From Candidatus Rifleibacteriota bacterium (GTDB lineage: Bacteria > Muiribacteriota > Ozemobacteria > Ozemobacterales > Ozemobacteraceae): a stretch of DNA of 64,000 nt. The position numbers and the translations under genes are program-made. Positions 56,429 through 64,000 of the stretch are shown here, piece after piece. Position 1 is the first letter of the stretch. Every line of letters starts with the position of its first letter. The notes under the pieces are model-generated. The model searched no databases. It saw only the letters and a program-made list of their open reading frames with translations, and was not told where the DNA came from. The DNA is taken from contig JAFPZP010000010.1 in NCBI GenBank assembly GCA_017417215.1, positions 10,155-74,154 on the forward strand. The letters run 5' to 3'.

Positions 56429-58633
56429 ATGAGAAAACTACGAAAAAAACATACTGTTTTACTATTTATATTATTAATCCTTTCCTGCTTGTTACTGATT
56501 GCAGTCGATGAAGCCTTTGCTCGTGCCGGCGGTGGTGGTGGCGGAGGCGGCGGAGGTGGCGGCGGAGGCGGCGGTCACGGTGGCCGCGGCGGTAAAGGCG
56601 AAACACTAATATTGGATCTTTTTGTTAGCAGTTGTAAAACACGTGGTATTGCAACAACTCTGTTGCTTTTTTCCCCTTTTATATTGTTTCATTTTACAAG
56701 TTGTTTTGCAGCTTCATTTTATTATAAAGAAAAGGCTTTATCCAGAGTTTTGTTCTTTCTAGGAGCCTTCTTTTTTGGTGGCATTTTTTGTTTTTCGTGT
56801 TTTGGAACTATTTTTTTAGTTTTACCTATTGAATGTGTGACATTAAAAACCATTATAGAGTCAAGAATCAAATATGGTCGTTTTATTACTTGTAACGAAG
56901 AACAATCTAAAAAATTCTCCACAGATAATACACCAAAAGAAAAATTAGCTTTAATGAAAATAAAAAAGAATAATCCTTCTTTTTCATTAACAGATTTTAA
57001 AACAAGAATAAAAAAAGCTTTTAAAATTATTCAGGATTCTTGGATGGATCAGGATTTATCAAATGCGGAAATGTTCTTAGCTGATGGAACTTATGAACAG
57101 TTTCAAATACAAATAAACGGAATGATTAAGGACAATACCGTAGATATAATGAAAGAGCTGGAAATCCAAAATGTTTTTGCAATAAAAGCAGAAAACTCTT
57201 TTGATTATGATTCTATATATGTAGCAATTCAAGCAAAAGCCATTAATTATTTAATGAATAAAAGAACAAAAGCTATCATAAAAGGAGATTCTACAGAACC
57301 TGAATTATTTGCAGAAGTTTGGTGCTTCATGCGAAGAAAAGGGGCTAAAGAATTAAACAGCAAAGGCTTAATAGAAGGATACTGTCCTAATTGCGGAACA
57401 CATATAGAAGGAGCAAGATTAATACAGTGCCCTTCTTGCAATGCTTTGCTAAAATCTGGTCAGCATGACTGGATTCTTGCCGGCATTTATCAGTCTTCTG
57501 AATGGAGAGACACTCATAATTCACATATTCCTGGATTGAAAAATTTATATAAATATGACCCTTCATTTAACATACAGAATATAGAAGATAAACTCTCAGC
57601 CATTTTCTGGCGTATGATTGAAGCTGTTAGAAACCAGAGTGCCGATTCTATTCTTAAAATATCATCAGATAAATTTGCCCAGGATTTTATAAAATCATCT
57701 TTCAAACACAAAGAAATATCAAGATATAATAAAGCTGGAACAGATTCTATTGAAATAATAGGTATTTCAGAAGAAGACGGCAAACATGTACTCTTAGGAC
57801 AAGTTATATGGAATAGTTGTATAACACGAAATGGCAAAGAAGAAACTATTCATCAAAAATCTGTCTTTATTCTTAAAAGAGATATTAATACCAAAACAGA
57901 TACAAGAAAATGCTTCTGTAGTTCACATTGTATAAATTGCGGAGCAGCAGAAACTTTTAACAGCAGTAATTACTGCGAATACTGCAATACTGCAGTTAAT
58001 GACGATAAAAAAGATTGGATTCTTACAGATATTTGTAATATATCTGATCTTTTAATAGGAAAATACCTAAATCATGCTAATATTTATGATAAAAAGGAAG
58101 TTGTTGTTAATCAGGAAAAGACTGTAGCCAAAGCTAATCAAATTATTGCAGAGCCTACAGATTACAATGATTCTACTGAAGAAGAATATGAAGACGATTC
58201 TCTGGATATCAATTTCTGGAGCCTATTAGGCAAATACTCAGTAAAAGATCTGCTTAGAATGTGCATAGCTGTAATGCTTGCAGATGGAGTAATAGACAAA
58301 AACGAATTACAAATAATCAGAAAAATCTGTGAAATAGGCTATATCCCCGAAGAAGTTCTTCAAATGAATATAAGAGAAATGCAAAACGCAGATAATCCTA
58401 TTGAACATGTTTTAGAAACATCAGCAATAGGATTAGATAAAGATTTGCTCAAATTATTAATTAAAATAGCCGTCTCAGATGGAGATGTAGCAAAATCTGA
58501 AGTTGATATAATCTTTAAGATGTCAGAAAAGATGCATGTTTCAAGAAATGAAACCATTGATTCCATAAATAATATTTATGAGAAAAGATGGAAAAAGAAA
58601 CTAGATCAGTCTATTTTTTCCCAAAGGTTTTGA
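56429..58633 (+). CDS. Membrane protein: signal/TM, (Gly)n tract, two TM helices, two Tim44-like domains each carrying an inserted CxxC...CxxC zinc ribbon, and a C-terminal TerB-like domain
   Basis: ARAGGGGGGGGGGGGGGGGHGGRGG. Repeat 1: FAEVWCFMRR...CPNCG...CPSCN...HDWILAGI. Repeat 2: VFILKRD...CINCG...CEYCN...KDWILTDI. The C-terminus LLRMCIAVMLADGVIDKNELQIIRKICEIG ... LLIKIAVSDGDVAKSEVDIIFKMSEKM is TerB-like. Confidence 0.5.
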   Translation: MRKLRKKHTVLLFILLILSCLLLIAVDEAFARAGGGGGGGGGGGGGGGGHGGRGGKGETLILDLFVSSCKTRGIATTLLLFSPFILFHFTSCFAASFYYKEKALSRVLFFLGAFFFGGIFCFSCFGTIFLVLPIECVTLKTIIESRIKYGRFITCNEEQSKKFSTDNTPKEKLALMKIKKNNPSFSLTDFKTRIKKAFKIIQDSWMDQDLSNAEMFLADGTYEQFQIQINGMIKDNTVDIMKELEIQNVFAIKAENSFDYDSIYVAIQAKAINYLMNKRTKAIIKGDSTEPELFAEVWCFMRRKGAKELNSKGLIEGYCPNCGTHIEGARLIQCPSCNALLKSGQHDWILAGIYQSSEWRDTHNSHIPGLKNLYKYDPSFNIQNIEDKLSAIFWRMIEAVRNQSADSILKISSDKFAQDFIKSSFKHKEISRYNKAGTDSIEIIGISEEDGKHVLLGQVIWNSCITRNGKEETIHQKSVFILKRDINTKTDTRKCFCSSHCINCGAAETFNSSNYCEYCNTAVNDDKKDWILTDICNISDLLIGKYLNHANIYDKKEVVVNQEKTVAKANQIIAEPTDYNDSTEEEYEDDSLDINFWSLLGKYSVKDLLRMCIAVMLADGVIDKNELQIIRKICEIGYIPEEVLQMNIREMQNADNPIEHVLETSAIGLDKDLLKLLIKIAVSDGDVAKSEVDIIFKMSEKMHVSRNETIDSINNIYEKRWKKKLDQSIFSQRF

Positions 58634-60269
58634 GAATTTCAGTTCTTAGTGTACCAGCACCTGAATTATGAATTAGGAATAAATGCTGGTTCTTGTTAAT
58701 GCAGGCTCTTACCTGGAAAAGATACAGGTGGCCTGCGTAGCTGGTCATAACAACTGCAACATCGCATCTTCCAACTATTTCGTTGGTTCTTGCCTGGCTT
58801 ATGGTGTGGAAACCTTCATACCATTCATAATCAGAATCTTCAACACCGGCTTCTTTTAATGTTGGCCAGTATTGTTCACGGCTACCACCGCCAAAAATAA
58901 CTATTCTTTTGCCCTTCATCAATCCTTCAACAGAATTAGCATTTTCATCGGGAAGAGCATTTAATTGTCTGAGTTTTGCTGTTAATTCCTGATTTTCATT
59001 ATCAAGTTTTCTGAATTCACTGCGCAGCAAAGCATCTTCTTCAAGAGTTTCTTTGAGTTCTTTGTTGGCGGCATTAACTTTAGCTTCTGCAGCAGAAAGC
59101 TGTTTCCTGACTTCTGCTGGGTCGAGTTTTGATAACTTAACTTTTATTTCTTCGTTTTCGATTTTTACTGCTCTGGCTTCGGCTTTAGCTTCATCTCTTT
59201 CTATGATAAGCTTGTTAATTTGTTCTTTAAGCTTATCTGCATCAGAGCGCATTTCACCTATCTTTTCCTGAAGTTCTTCCTTGGTTAATTCAAAATCTTT
59301 TAAGGAAATATTAGGTCTTGTTTGGTTGAAATGCTTTAAAACGAAGTGGTGATGCGTATAAACTTCGAGAATATCTTTTAAATAATCTTCGTAGGCTTCC
59401 TGTTTATCTTCGTTTGGTGGAAATTCTGTTTGAACGTCTTTTATTAAAAGCTTCAAAAGTTTTTTCCCGTCTCTGTAAGCTTTGTCGACATCATCATAAA
59501 AAGTAGGTCTTACAAGATTAAGATTTCTTGTTTTATTGAATATTTCATCAAGATACTTGAAATTATCTGCATCTAAAAGCTTCCAGAATCTGATAACATC
59601 AGCAGGTTTTATTTCGTATCGAAGTTCACTTAAAACCTTGTCTAATGCTTCTTTCCTTTGGTCTTCGCTGTTAGGTATATCTTCGTTTTCATTCTGCTTA
59701 CAGATAGTATCTATCTGTTTTACAAGCTTTTTAAAAGCTGGAAACTCATCGCTATCAAGGAATAAAGTAGCCAAAAAACTTTTTCTTTTTAGGAAATGTC
59801 TAGAGAAAACTCTTTTTTCTCCGCCGATTTCAACATCATATTTTGAACTAATTTTGCCACCGACATTATATTTTTTCTTTTTCTTGGCTGCTTCTTCTAA
59901 GGCTTCAGCTTCACGTGCCTTGCGGATTTTTGCCAGTTTTTCTTCTATCATTTCACTGACAAGACGGGCTTGAACAGGTCCGCTCAGCATAATATCCAAT
60001 AAATCGCCGATAAATAAAGCGAAAGCTCGACCATTTTTGTCGTAAGCTTCGGCAAATTTTTTATGTATATTCCAATAACGGTTTTCTTCTTCTTCTATTT
60101 TGCTTTCTGGTTTTGCTTTTGTTTCTTTCTTTTTCATCAAGTCACCAGCAAGTTGTGTGACCATATTTTTCCCTTTTGATGATGGGGAAAAACCAGCTAG
60201 TTTTTCTAATTCATCTAAGTTTTTCTTTTGACTTCTGGAAAGATTAAGACCGTCTAATGGGTTTAACAT
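58611..60269 (-). CDS. Coiled-coil protein with a C-terminal DUF2325-like Rossmann-like domain
   Basis: A long Glu/Lys heptad region (residues ~330-440) is followed by a C-terminal domain with GKRIVIFGGG and CDVAVVMTSYAGH motifs (quoted in full in the findings). The DUF2325 call is from memory of that family's hvivGG / aDlVivftdyvsH pattern. Confidence 0.4.
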   Translation of the reverse strand: MLNPLDGLNLSRSQKKNLDELEKLAGFSPSSKGKNMVTQLAGDLMKKKETKAKPESKIEEEENRYWNIHKKFAEAYDKNGRAFALFIGDLLDIMLSGPVQARLVSEMIEEKLAKIRKAREAEALEEAAKKKKKYNVGGKISSKYDVEIGGEKRVFSRHFLKRKSFLATLFLDSDEFPAFKKLVKQIDTICKQNENEDIPNSEDQRKEALDKVLSELRYEIKPADVIRFWKLLDADNFKYLDEIFNKTRNLNLVRPTFYDDVDKAYRDGKKLLKLLIKDVQTEFPPNEDKQEAYEDYLKDILEVYTHHHFVLKHFNQTRPNISLKDFELTKEELQEKIGEMRSDADKLKEQINKLIIERDEAKAEARAVKIENEEIKVKLSKLDPAEVRKQLSAAEAKVNAANKELKETLEEDALLRSEFRKLDNENQELTAKLRQLNALPDENANSVEGLMKGKRIVIFGGGSREQYWPTLKEAGVEDSDYEWYEGFHTISQARTNEIVGRCDVAVVMTSYAGHLYLFQVRACINKNQHLFLIHNSGAGTLRTEILKTFGKK

Positions 60270-60305
60270 AAGTGTGACTTCCTGATTATTTTTTAGTTTA
60301 ATAGT

Positions 60306-61748
60306 TTAAGCTATTTGATTGCCGCCGCGCTTGCGAGCAAGTTTTAATGCTTTTTCAGCCATTTTTAATAAATCGCCTGGTTTAGTTGTAGCTCCTGAGC
60401 TACTTGCCAAACCAAAGCTTCCAGTTAGCATAATGGTTTGATTGCTAGCTCTTACCTTAGTCTGACTAAGTGATTGTTTTAATTTATTGGCTGCAACTAA
60501 GGCTCCGGTATATGGTGTTTCTGGAAGAAGCATAGCAAAACTGTCTGCGCCGAATCTGGCAACCAAGTCATGTATTCTTGTTGCAGAGCGGAACATTTTT
60601 CCAACTTCTTTCAAAAGTTTGTTACCAGTGTTTTCGCCGTAGGTTTCGTTAACTGTTGAAAAATGGTCTAGATCCATGATGATTAATGAAATATCTTTTC
60701 TGTAGCGCTGTGCTCTGCAAAATTCTTCTGTAAGTCTTTGCATAAAAAGATTTTCATTGGCTATGCCTGTAATTGGGTCTGTTGTTGCAGAATAATACAT
60801 TTTTGTTCTATTTATGGCTACAGAAGCTTGAGCAGCAAATATCTTCATCATCTGATCTGTTCTTGAAGTCATAATATTGCCAGAATGCTTGGTATCAACA
60901 TAAAGTACACCAATATTGCTGGACATTTCTTTTAATGGAACTATGGCAACAGATAGTATTCCAACGTCTTCTGGGCTTTTAAACTTGGGATTTGGATTCC
61001 TGAAGTTATGGGAAGGCCCTATCAAAGATTCACCTGTGTCGAAACATTTGCTTACCAAAAATGAAGTAGCTTGCATATCTTCGGTAACTTCACTGTTATC
61101 GAAATTAATCATAGAAACTGTTTCTAATCTGCCAAGTTCTTCGTTGAAAAGCATCATTAATGCTCTTTCACCGCCGGTTACATTTATTGCCATTTCCAAA
61201 GTGAAGTCAAGAAGTCTTGGAAAGCTTTCAATTGAATTTAATGCATAACTGACTTCTAAAACTGCTGAAAGCTCTTTGATACGGGTAACCATTTCGCCTT
61301 CTGTAGCAGATAATGCAGGGTAATACTGACGCGGAATCTTTGAACGTATTGTTGCAAAACTTTTACGAACAAAGTTTTCGTTACTATTTAAGAAAAATGG
61401 GAAAAATCTGTCGCTGTCAGGGCTGACAGAAGCTTCGTTACCTTCAAGTTGCAGAGAGACAAAGACATCGTCAGACATTTCTATAAAACAACCAGGATTA
61501 ATTGTAGCAATAAAACCTGGCTGGATTTTTTCGCCATTCACGATTGTACCATATGGGCTTTGTAAATCCTGTAATGTCAGGTAACCGTCTGAATTATAGC
61601 GAAGCTGAATCTGTCGACGAGAAATGCCCATCTTATTTAACTGAATATCGCAGTCGTTACCGCTGCCTATTACAACACCGTCACCATGCAAACTGGGGCT
61701 TCCTTCGTAAAGAATCTGCCCATTTTTATCTGTAATTAAAACTTTCAT
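60306..61748 (-). CDS. FHA domain - GAF domain - degenerate GGDEF domain protein (A-site GADSF, I-site RIHD intact); a likely c-di-GMP-binding, non-catalytic signalling protein
   Basis: The N-terminus VVIGSGNDCDIQLNKMGISRRQIQLRYNSDGYLTLQDLQSPYGTIVNGEKI is FHA. The middle region, with TGGERALMML, is GAF-like. The C-terminal TTDPITGIANENLF...IIMDLDHFSTVNETYG...RIHDLVARFGADSFAMLLP is GGDEF with GGDEF replaced by GADSF. Confidence 0.7.
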   Translation of the reverse strand: MKVLITDKNGQILYEGSPSLHGDGVVIGSGNDCDIQLNKMGISRRQIQLRYNSDGYLTLQDLQSPYGTIVNGEKIQPGFIATINPGCFIEMSDDVFVSLQLEGNEASVSPDSDRFFPFFLNSNENFVRKSFATIRSKIPRQYYPALSATEGEMVTRIKELSAVLEVSYALNSIESFPRLLDFTLEMAINVTGGERALMMLFNEELGRLETVSMINFDNSEVTEDMQATSFLVSKCFDTGESLIGPSHNFRNPNPKFKSPEDVGILSVAIVPLKEMSSNIGVLYVDTKHSGNIMTSRTDQMMKIFAAQASVAINRTKMYYSATTDPITGIANENLFMQRLTEEFCRAQRYRKDISLIIMDLDHFSTVNETYGENTGNKLLKEVGKMFRSATRIHDLVARFGADSFAMLLPETPYTGALVAANKLKQSLSQTKVRASNQTIMLTGSFGLASSSGATTKPGDLLKMAEKALKLARKRGGNQIA

Positions 61749-62125
61749 TTCTTAACCTTATATCCACATTTGCAAACTTTTTTTGCCCCCAATACACGAC
61801 CACATTCAGGACAATATTTGCTTACGTGGCTGGCAATCTTTTTCTCTGCGGCTTTTAGCTTTCGCTTTTCTTCTAGCTTTTTGGCCATTTCAAGGAAAGC
61901 CAGTCCTTCTTCTTCACTAACAGCTTTATTTTTAGCAGCACCACTAATCATTTCTTCATATTTTTCAGAATAATCAGGGTTTTCTTCAAGGTAGGCTTTA
62001 AAAGCTTTTTGTGGGTCTTTGTGCTTTTTGTACAAATGTTCATAAGAATAAATAGGTTCTTCTTCGAGCTTTTCTTCGCATATTGCAATGAATTTTTCTT
62101 CCCAAATATCATAAGGGTCTTGCAT
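61745..62125 (-). CDS. Small acidic protein with a C-terminal CPxCG...CKCG zinc ribbon; first gene of the FHA-GGDEF operon
   Basis: 126 aa with a Glu/Lys-rich body. The C-terminus is YCPECGRVLGAKKVCKCGYKV. Its stop overlaps the downstream gene start by 4 nt. Confidence 0.4.
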   Translation of the reverse strand: MQDPYDIWEEKFIAICEEKLEEEPIYSYEHLYKKHKDPQKAFKAYLEENPDYSEKYEEMISGAAKNKAVSEEEGLAFLEMAKKLEEKRKLKAAEKKIASHVSKYCPECGRVLGAKKVCKCGYKVKK

Positions 62126-62157
62126 TTATTGTCACCTGCCTTTGCTACTAATGAGGA

Positions 62158-62186
62158 TTATACCTTAATAATTATTAATTATCAAT
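62158..62186 (-). promoter_or_regulatory. Candidate sigma70-type promoter for the minus-strand zinc-ribbon/FHA-GGDEF/DUF2325 operon
   Basis: On the minus strand: TTGATA, a 17-nt spacer, then TATAAT. The RBS and ATG at 62125 lie downstream. Confidence 0.4.
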
Positions 62187-62215
62187 TATGTTGTTATAAT
62201 TGTTCAAAGGGTGGT

Positions 62216-62244
62216 TTGACAGTATGGCGATATTTATGTACAAT
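62216..62244 (+). promoter_or_regulatory. Candidate consensus sigma70 promoter for the C11 peptidase gene
   Basis: TTGACA at 62216-62221, a 17-nt spacer (gtatggcgatatttatg), then TACAAT at 62239-62244. It lies about 45 nt upstream of the AGGAG RBS of the 62291 gene. Confidence 0.45.
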
Positions 62245-62290
62245 TAAAAAATCACGTCTTGATAACAATATAAAATTATAAGGAGACCAA

Positions 62291-63721
62291 ATGAAAAAGA
62301 CTTCTATATTGGCTGTAGCAGCTCTGATAGTTGGTTTATGCTCCTCTTCATATGCAGCATCTAATGCTCAGAAAAACGTAAAAAAGAATGCTGAAAAAGA
62401 ATGGACATTGGCAGTATTCCTTAATGCTGACAACAATCTCGACAGATTTGGTGTAGCAGACCAGGAAGAAATGAGCCGTGTAGGTTCTAATGAATATCTT
62501 AATATTGTTTCTTTAATTGACCGTGAAAACGGACCAGCACAAATAAACTACATTGAAAAAGACAATATTAAAAAGCTGAAAGACTTAGGCGAACTCGATA
62601 TGGGTGACTATAAAGAGTTTGTTAAATTTGTAAAATTCGTAAAAGAAAACTATCCTGCAAAACACTATTGTTTTTCTTTCTGGAACCATGGTTCAGGCTG
62701 GAAAGATAAAAACGATGCCGCTTCTGTTTTAAAGGGTATTTCTTACGACGATTCAAGCCACAACCATATTTCAACCAACGATTTAACAGTAGCTTTAGCA
62801 GAAGCCAACAAGATTCTCGGTAAAAAAATCGATATGCTCTGCTTTGACGCCTGCTTGATGCAAATGGTTGAAGTTGCATATGCAGCAAAAGATCATGTTG
62901 ATTATATGGTCGGTTCTGAAGAAACAGAACCAGGCAAAGGCGCTCCTTATGATGATATTCTTAAGACTTTGAAAAAAGGCATGAGCCCAAAAGAATTTGC
63001 AATCAGTTGGGTTAATGCTTTCGGTGATTCTTATAACGGTGGCAGCCAGGGAAAAGCAAAATCAACTCAATCTGCTCTTGAAATGAGCAAGTTGCCTCAA
63101 TTTATTGATGCAATCAATGGTTTTGCAAAAGTAGGCATGTCTAAAGATTATTCAAGATTCTTCAGACAAATGAATGTCTATACTCAGAAATATGCTTATC
63201 CAGACAACATGGATTTACTTCATTTTGTTGAATTAATGACTGAACCAACAGGTCTCAACAGTTTGGAAGAATTAAAGAAGCAGAATGTTGATGAAGCTAT
63301 GAAGACAGCCATAAAGAAGCTTCAAACAGCTGGCAAGCAGTTGATTATTGCTAACAGATTCACAACTCCAGAAGCTCAGGAATCAAAAGGTATTGCTATA
63401 TTCTTCCCAACTTCATATTATTGCCCATGGCTCTATCAAGACCTTGCTTTTGCAAAGGATACTCTTTGGGACGATATGCTTGAAGCTCAAGGCGGATATG
63501 CAGTAATGAACAGAATTTCTGAAGATGTTAAGAAGGGTGAACTTGAATCTTTGGCTAAGTTAGTAAAAGACGCCAAGAAAGACCCCAAAAACAAAGTTTA
63601 CCGCAGAGTTCTTGTTCAGCTTAACTATATTGCTGATAATGAACGCGCTGTTCCTGCTAAGTCTAAGGCAGAATTTGAAAATCTACGTGGTAAATTGAAA
63701 TCAGCCATAGCTACTAAGTAA
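62291..63721 (+). CDS. Secreted clostripain-like cysteine peptidase (MEROPS family C11)
   Basis: Signal peptide. The catalytic His is in FWNHGSGW and the catalytic Cys in CFDACLMQMVEV, with C11-typical spacing. Length is 476 aa. Confidence 0.65.
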   Translation: MKKTSILAVAALIVGLCSSSYAASNAQKNVKKNAEKEWTLAVFLNADNNLDRFGVADQEEMSRVGSNEYLNIVSLIDRENGPAQINYIEKDNIKKLKDLGELDMGDYKEFVKFVKFVKENYPAKHYCFSFWNHGSGWKDKNDAASVLKGISYDDSSHNHISTNDLTVALAEANKILGKKIDMLCFDACLMQMVEVAYAAKDHVDYMVGSEETEPGKGAPYDDILKTLKKGMSPKEFAISWVNAFGDSYNGGSQGKAKSTQSALEMSKLPQFIDAINGFAKVGMSKDYSRFFRQMNVYTQKYAYPDNMDLLHFVELMTEPTGLNSLEELKKQNVDEAMKTAIKKLQTAGKQLIIANRFTTPEAQESKGIAIFFPTSYYCPWLYQDLAFAKDTLWDDMLEAQGGYAVMNRISEDVKKGELESLAKLVKDAKKDPKNKVYRRVLVQLNYIADNERAVPAKSKAEFENLRGKLKSAIATK

Positions 63722-63724
63722 GAT

Positions 63725-63757
63725 AAAAAAGCTTGGGAAAAATCCCAAGCTTTTTTT
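63725..63757. terminator. Rho-independent, bidirectional-type terminator after the C11 peptidase gene
   Basis: AAAAAA, then gcttggga with loop aaaa and tcccaagc, then TTTTTTT. Confidence 0.65.
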
Positions 63758-63764
63758 GTATAAG

Positions 63765-63796
63765 AAAACCACGCGATAGTCGCGTGGTTTTTATTT
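63765..63796. terminator. Second hairpin terminator; it also serves the minus-strand glutaminase gene
   Basis: ccacgcga with loop tag and tcgcgtgg, followed by ttttt on plus. An A-run sits on the other side. Confidence 0.55.
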
Positions 63797-63818
63797 ATCT
63801 TAATTTACTTTCTAAGCC

Positions 63819-64000
63819 TTAAAAAATTGATATTCCTGTTTTGGTAGTGAAGAGTTCTAAGGCTTTCATTCCTACTAGTGAATTACCGTGCTTATTTAGT
63901 TCTGGTGACCAGACGCAAATAGTAAGAAGCTTTGGAATAATAGCGACAATTCCACCACCTACGCCACTTTTGCCTGGCAGACCAGTGCAGAATGCAAATT
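63819..64000 (-). CDS. glsA: Glutaminase, 3' portion (the gene continues beyond the window edge)
   Basis: Minus-strand translation gives ...[70 protein letters not shown] is the conserved glutaminase motif. Confidence 0.7.
   Translation of the reverse strand, partial: FAFCTGLPGKSGVGGGIVAIIPKLLTICVWSPELNKHGNSLVGMKALELFTTKTGISIF

Noticed and set aside
1-64000. tRNA, rRNA, tmRNA or other standard RNA genes in the intergenic regions
   Set aside because: No cloverleaf-compatible GTTCxAxxC T-arm with a matching acceptor stem, and no rRNA-like conserved blocks, were found in any intergenic stretch (7015-7510, 13843-14147, 27405-27923, 45655-45899, 48846-49190 and others).

Overview
This is a densely coded, low-GC bacterial chromosomal window (roughly 35-40% GC by eye). 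Many gene starts overlap by 4 nt, and TTG/GTG starts occur. TolC-like, RND and beta-barrel outer-membrane proteins point to a diderm (Gram-negative-type) organism. Abundant prepilin-like proteins and divergent core genes suggest an uncultivated or deep-branching lineage, but I cannot assign taxonomy from sequence alone.

Recognisable content, left to right:
- An rqcH-like gene, a divergent dnaB-like helicase, TPR and HEAT proteins.
- rph-rdgB, then cheW.
- An M42 aminopeptidase.
- A six-gene operon of secreted proteins: SH3b/CHAP cell-wall hydrolase, beta-propeller protein, SH3b protein, large membrane protein, and two pseudopilins.
- A tetR-tolC-mfp-rnd efflux operon whose RND gene carries an in-frame TAG.
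- A partial dcw cluster murD-ftsW-murG-ftsQ-ftsA-ftsZ, followed by a radical-SAM gene and murI.
- A walJ-like MBL hydrolase with rlmH, then cheR and cheB.
- A polyprenyl-phosphate sugar transferase, a DUF1858 protein, dxs, and a K+ channel with the TVGYGD filter.
- glgB, a secreted C11 clostripain-like peptidase, and a partial glutaminase at the right edge.

The most unusual material lies at 49-62 kb:
- A 1590-aa DUF4011 / Upf1-like SF1 helicase / Vsr-like nuclease / DUF3320 protein, preceded by a 43-aa ORF.
- A membrane protein carrying a (GGN)n poly-Gly tract, two Tim44-like domains each with an inserted zinc ribbon, and a C-terminal TerB-like domain.
- A convergent three-gene operon: an acidic zinc-ribbon protein, then an FHA-GAF protein with a degenerate GGDEF domain (GADSF A-site, intact RxxD I-site), then a coiled-coil protein ending in a DUF2325-like Rossmann-like domain.

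Other notable structure:
- Two ~128-bp, ~90%-identical copies of an intergenic repeat sit in inverted orientation 12.5 kb apart (78-205 and 12661-12790).
- The convergent intergenic region 7014-7512 is packed with repeats.
- A 29-31-bp near-perfect palindrome lies upstream of rph.
- No tRNA, rRNA or CRISPR array was seen.
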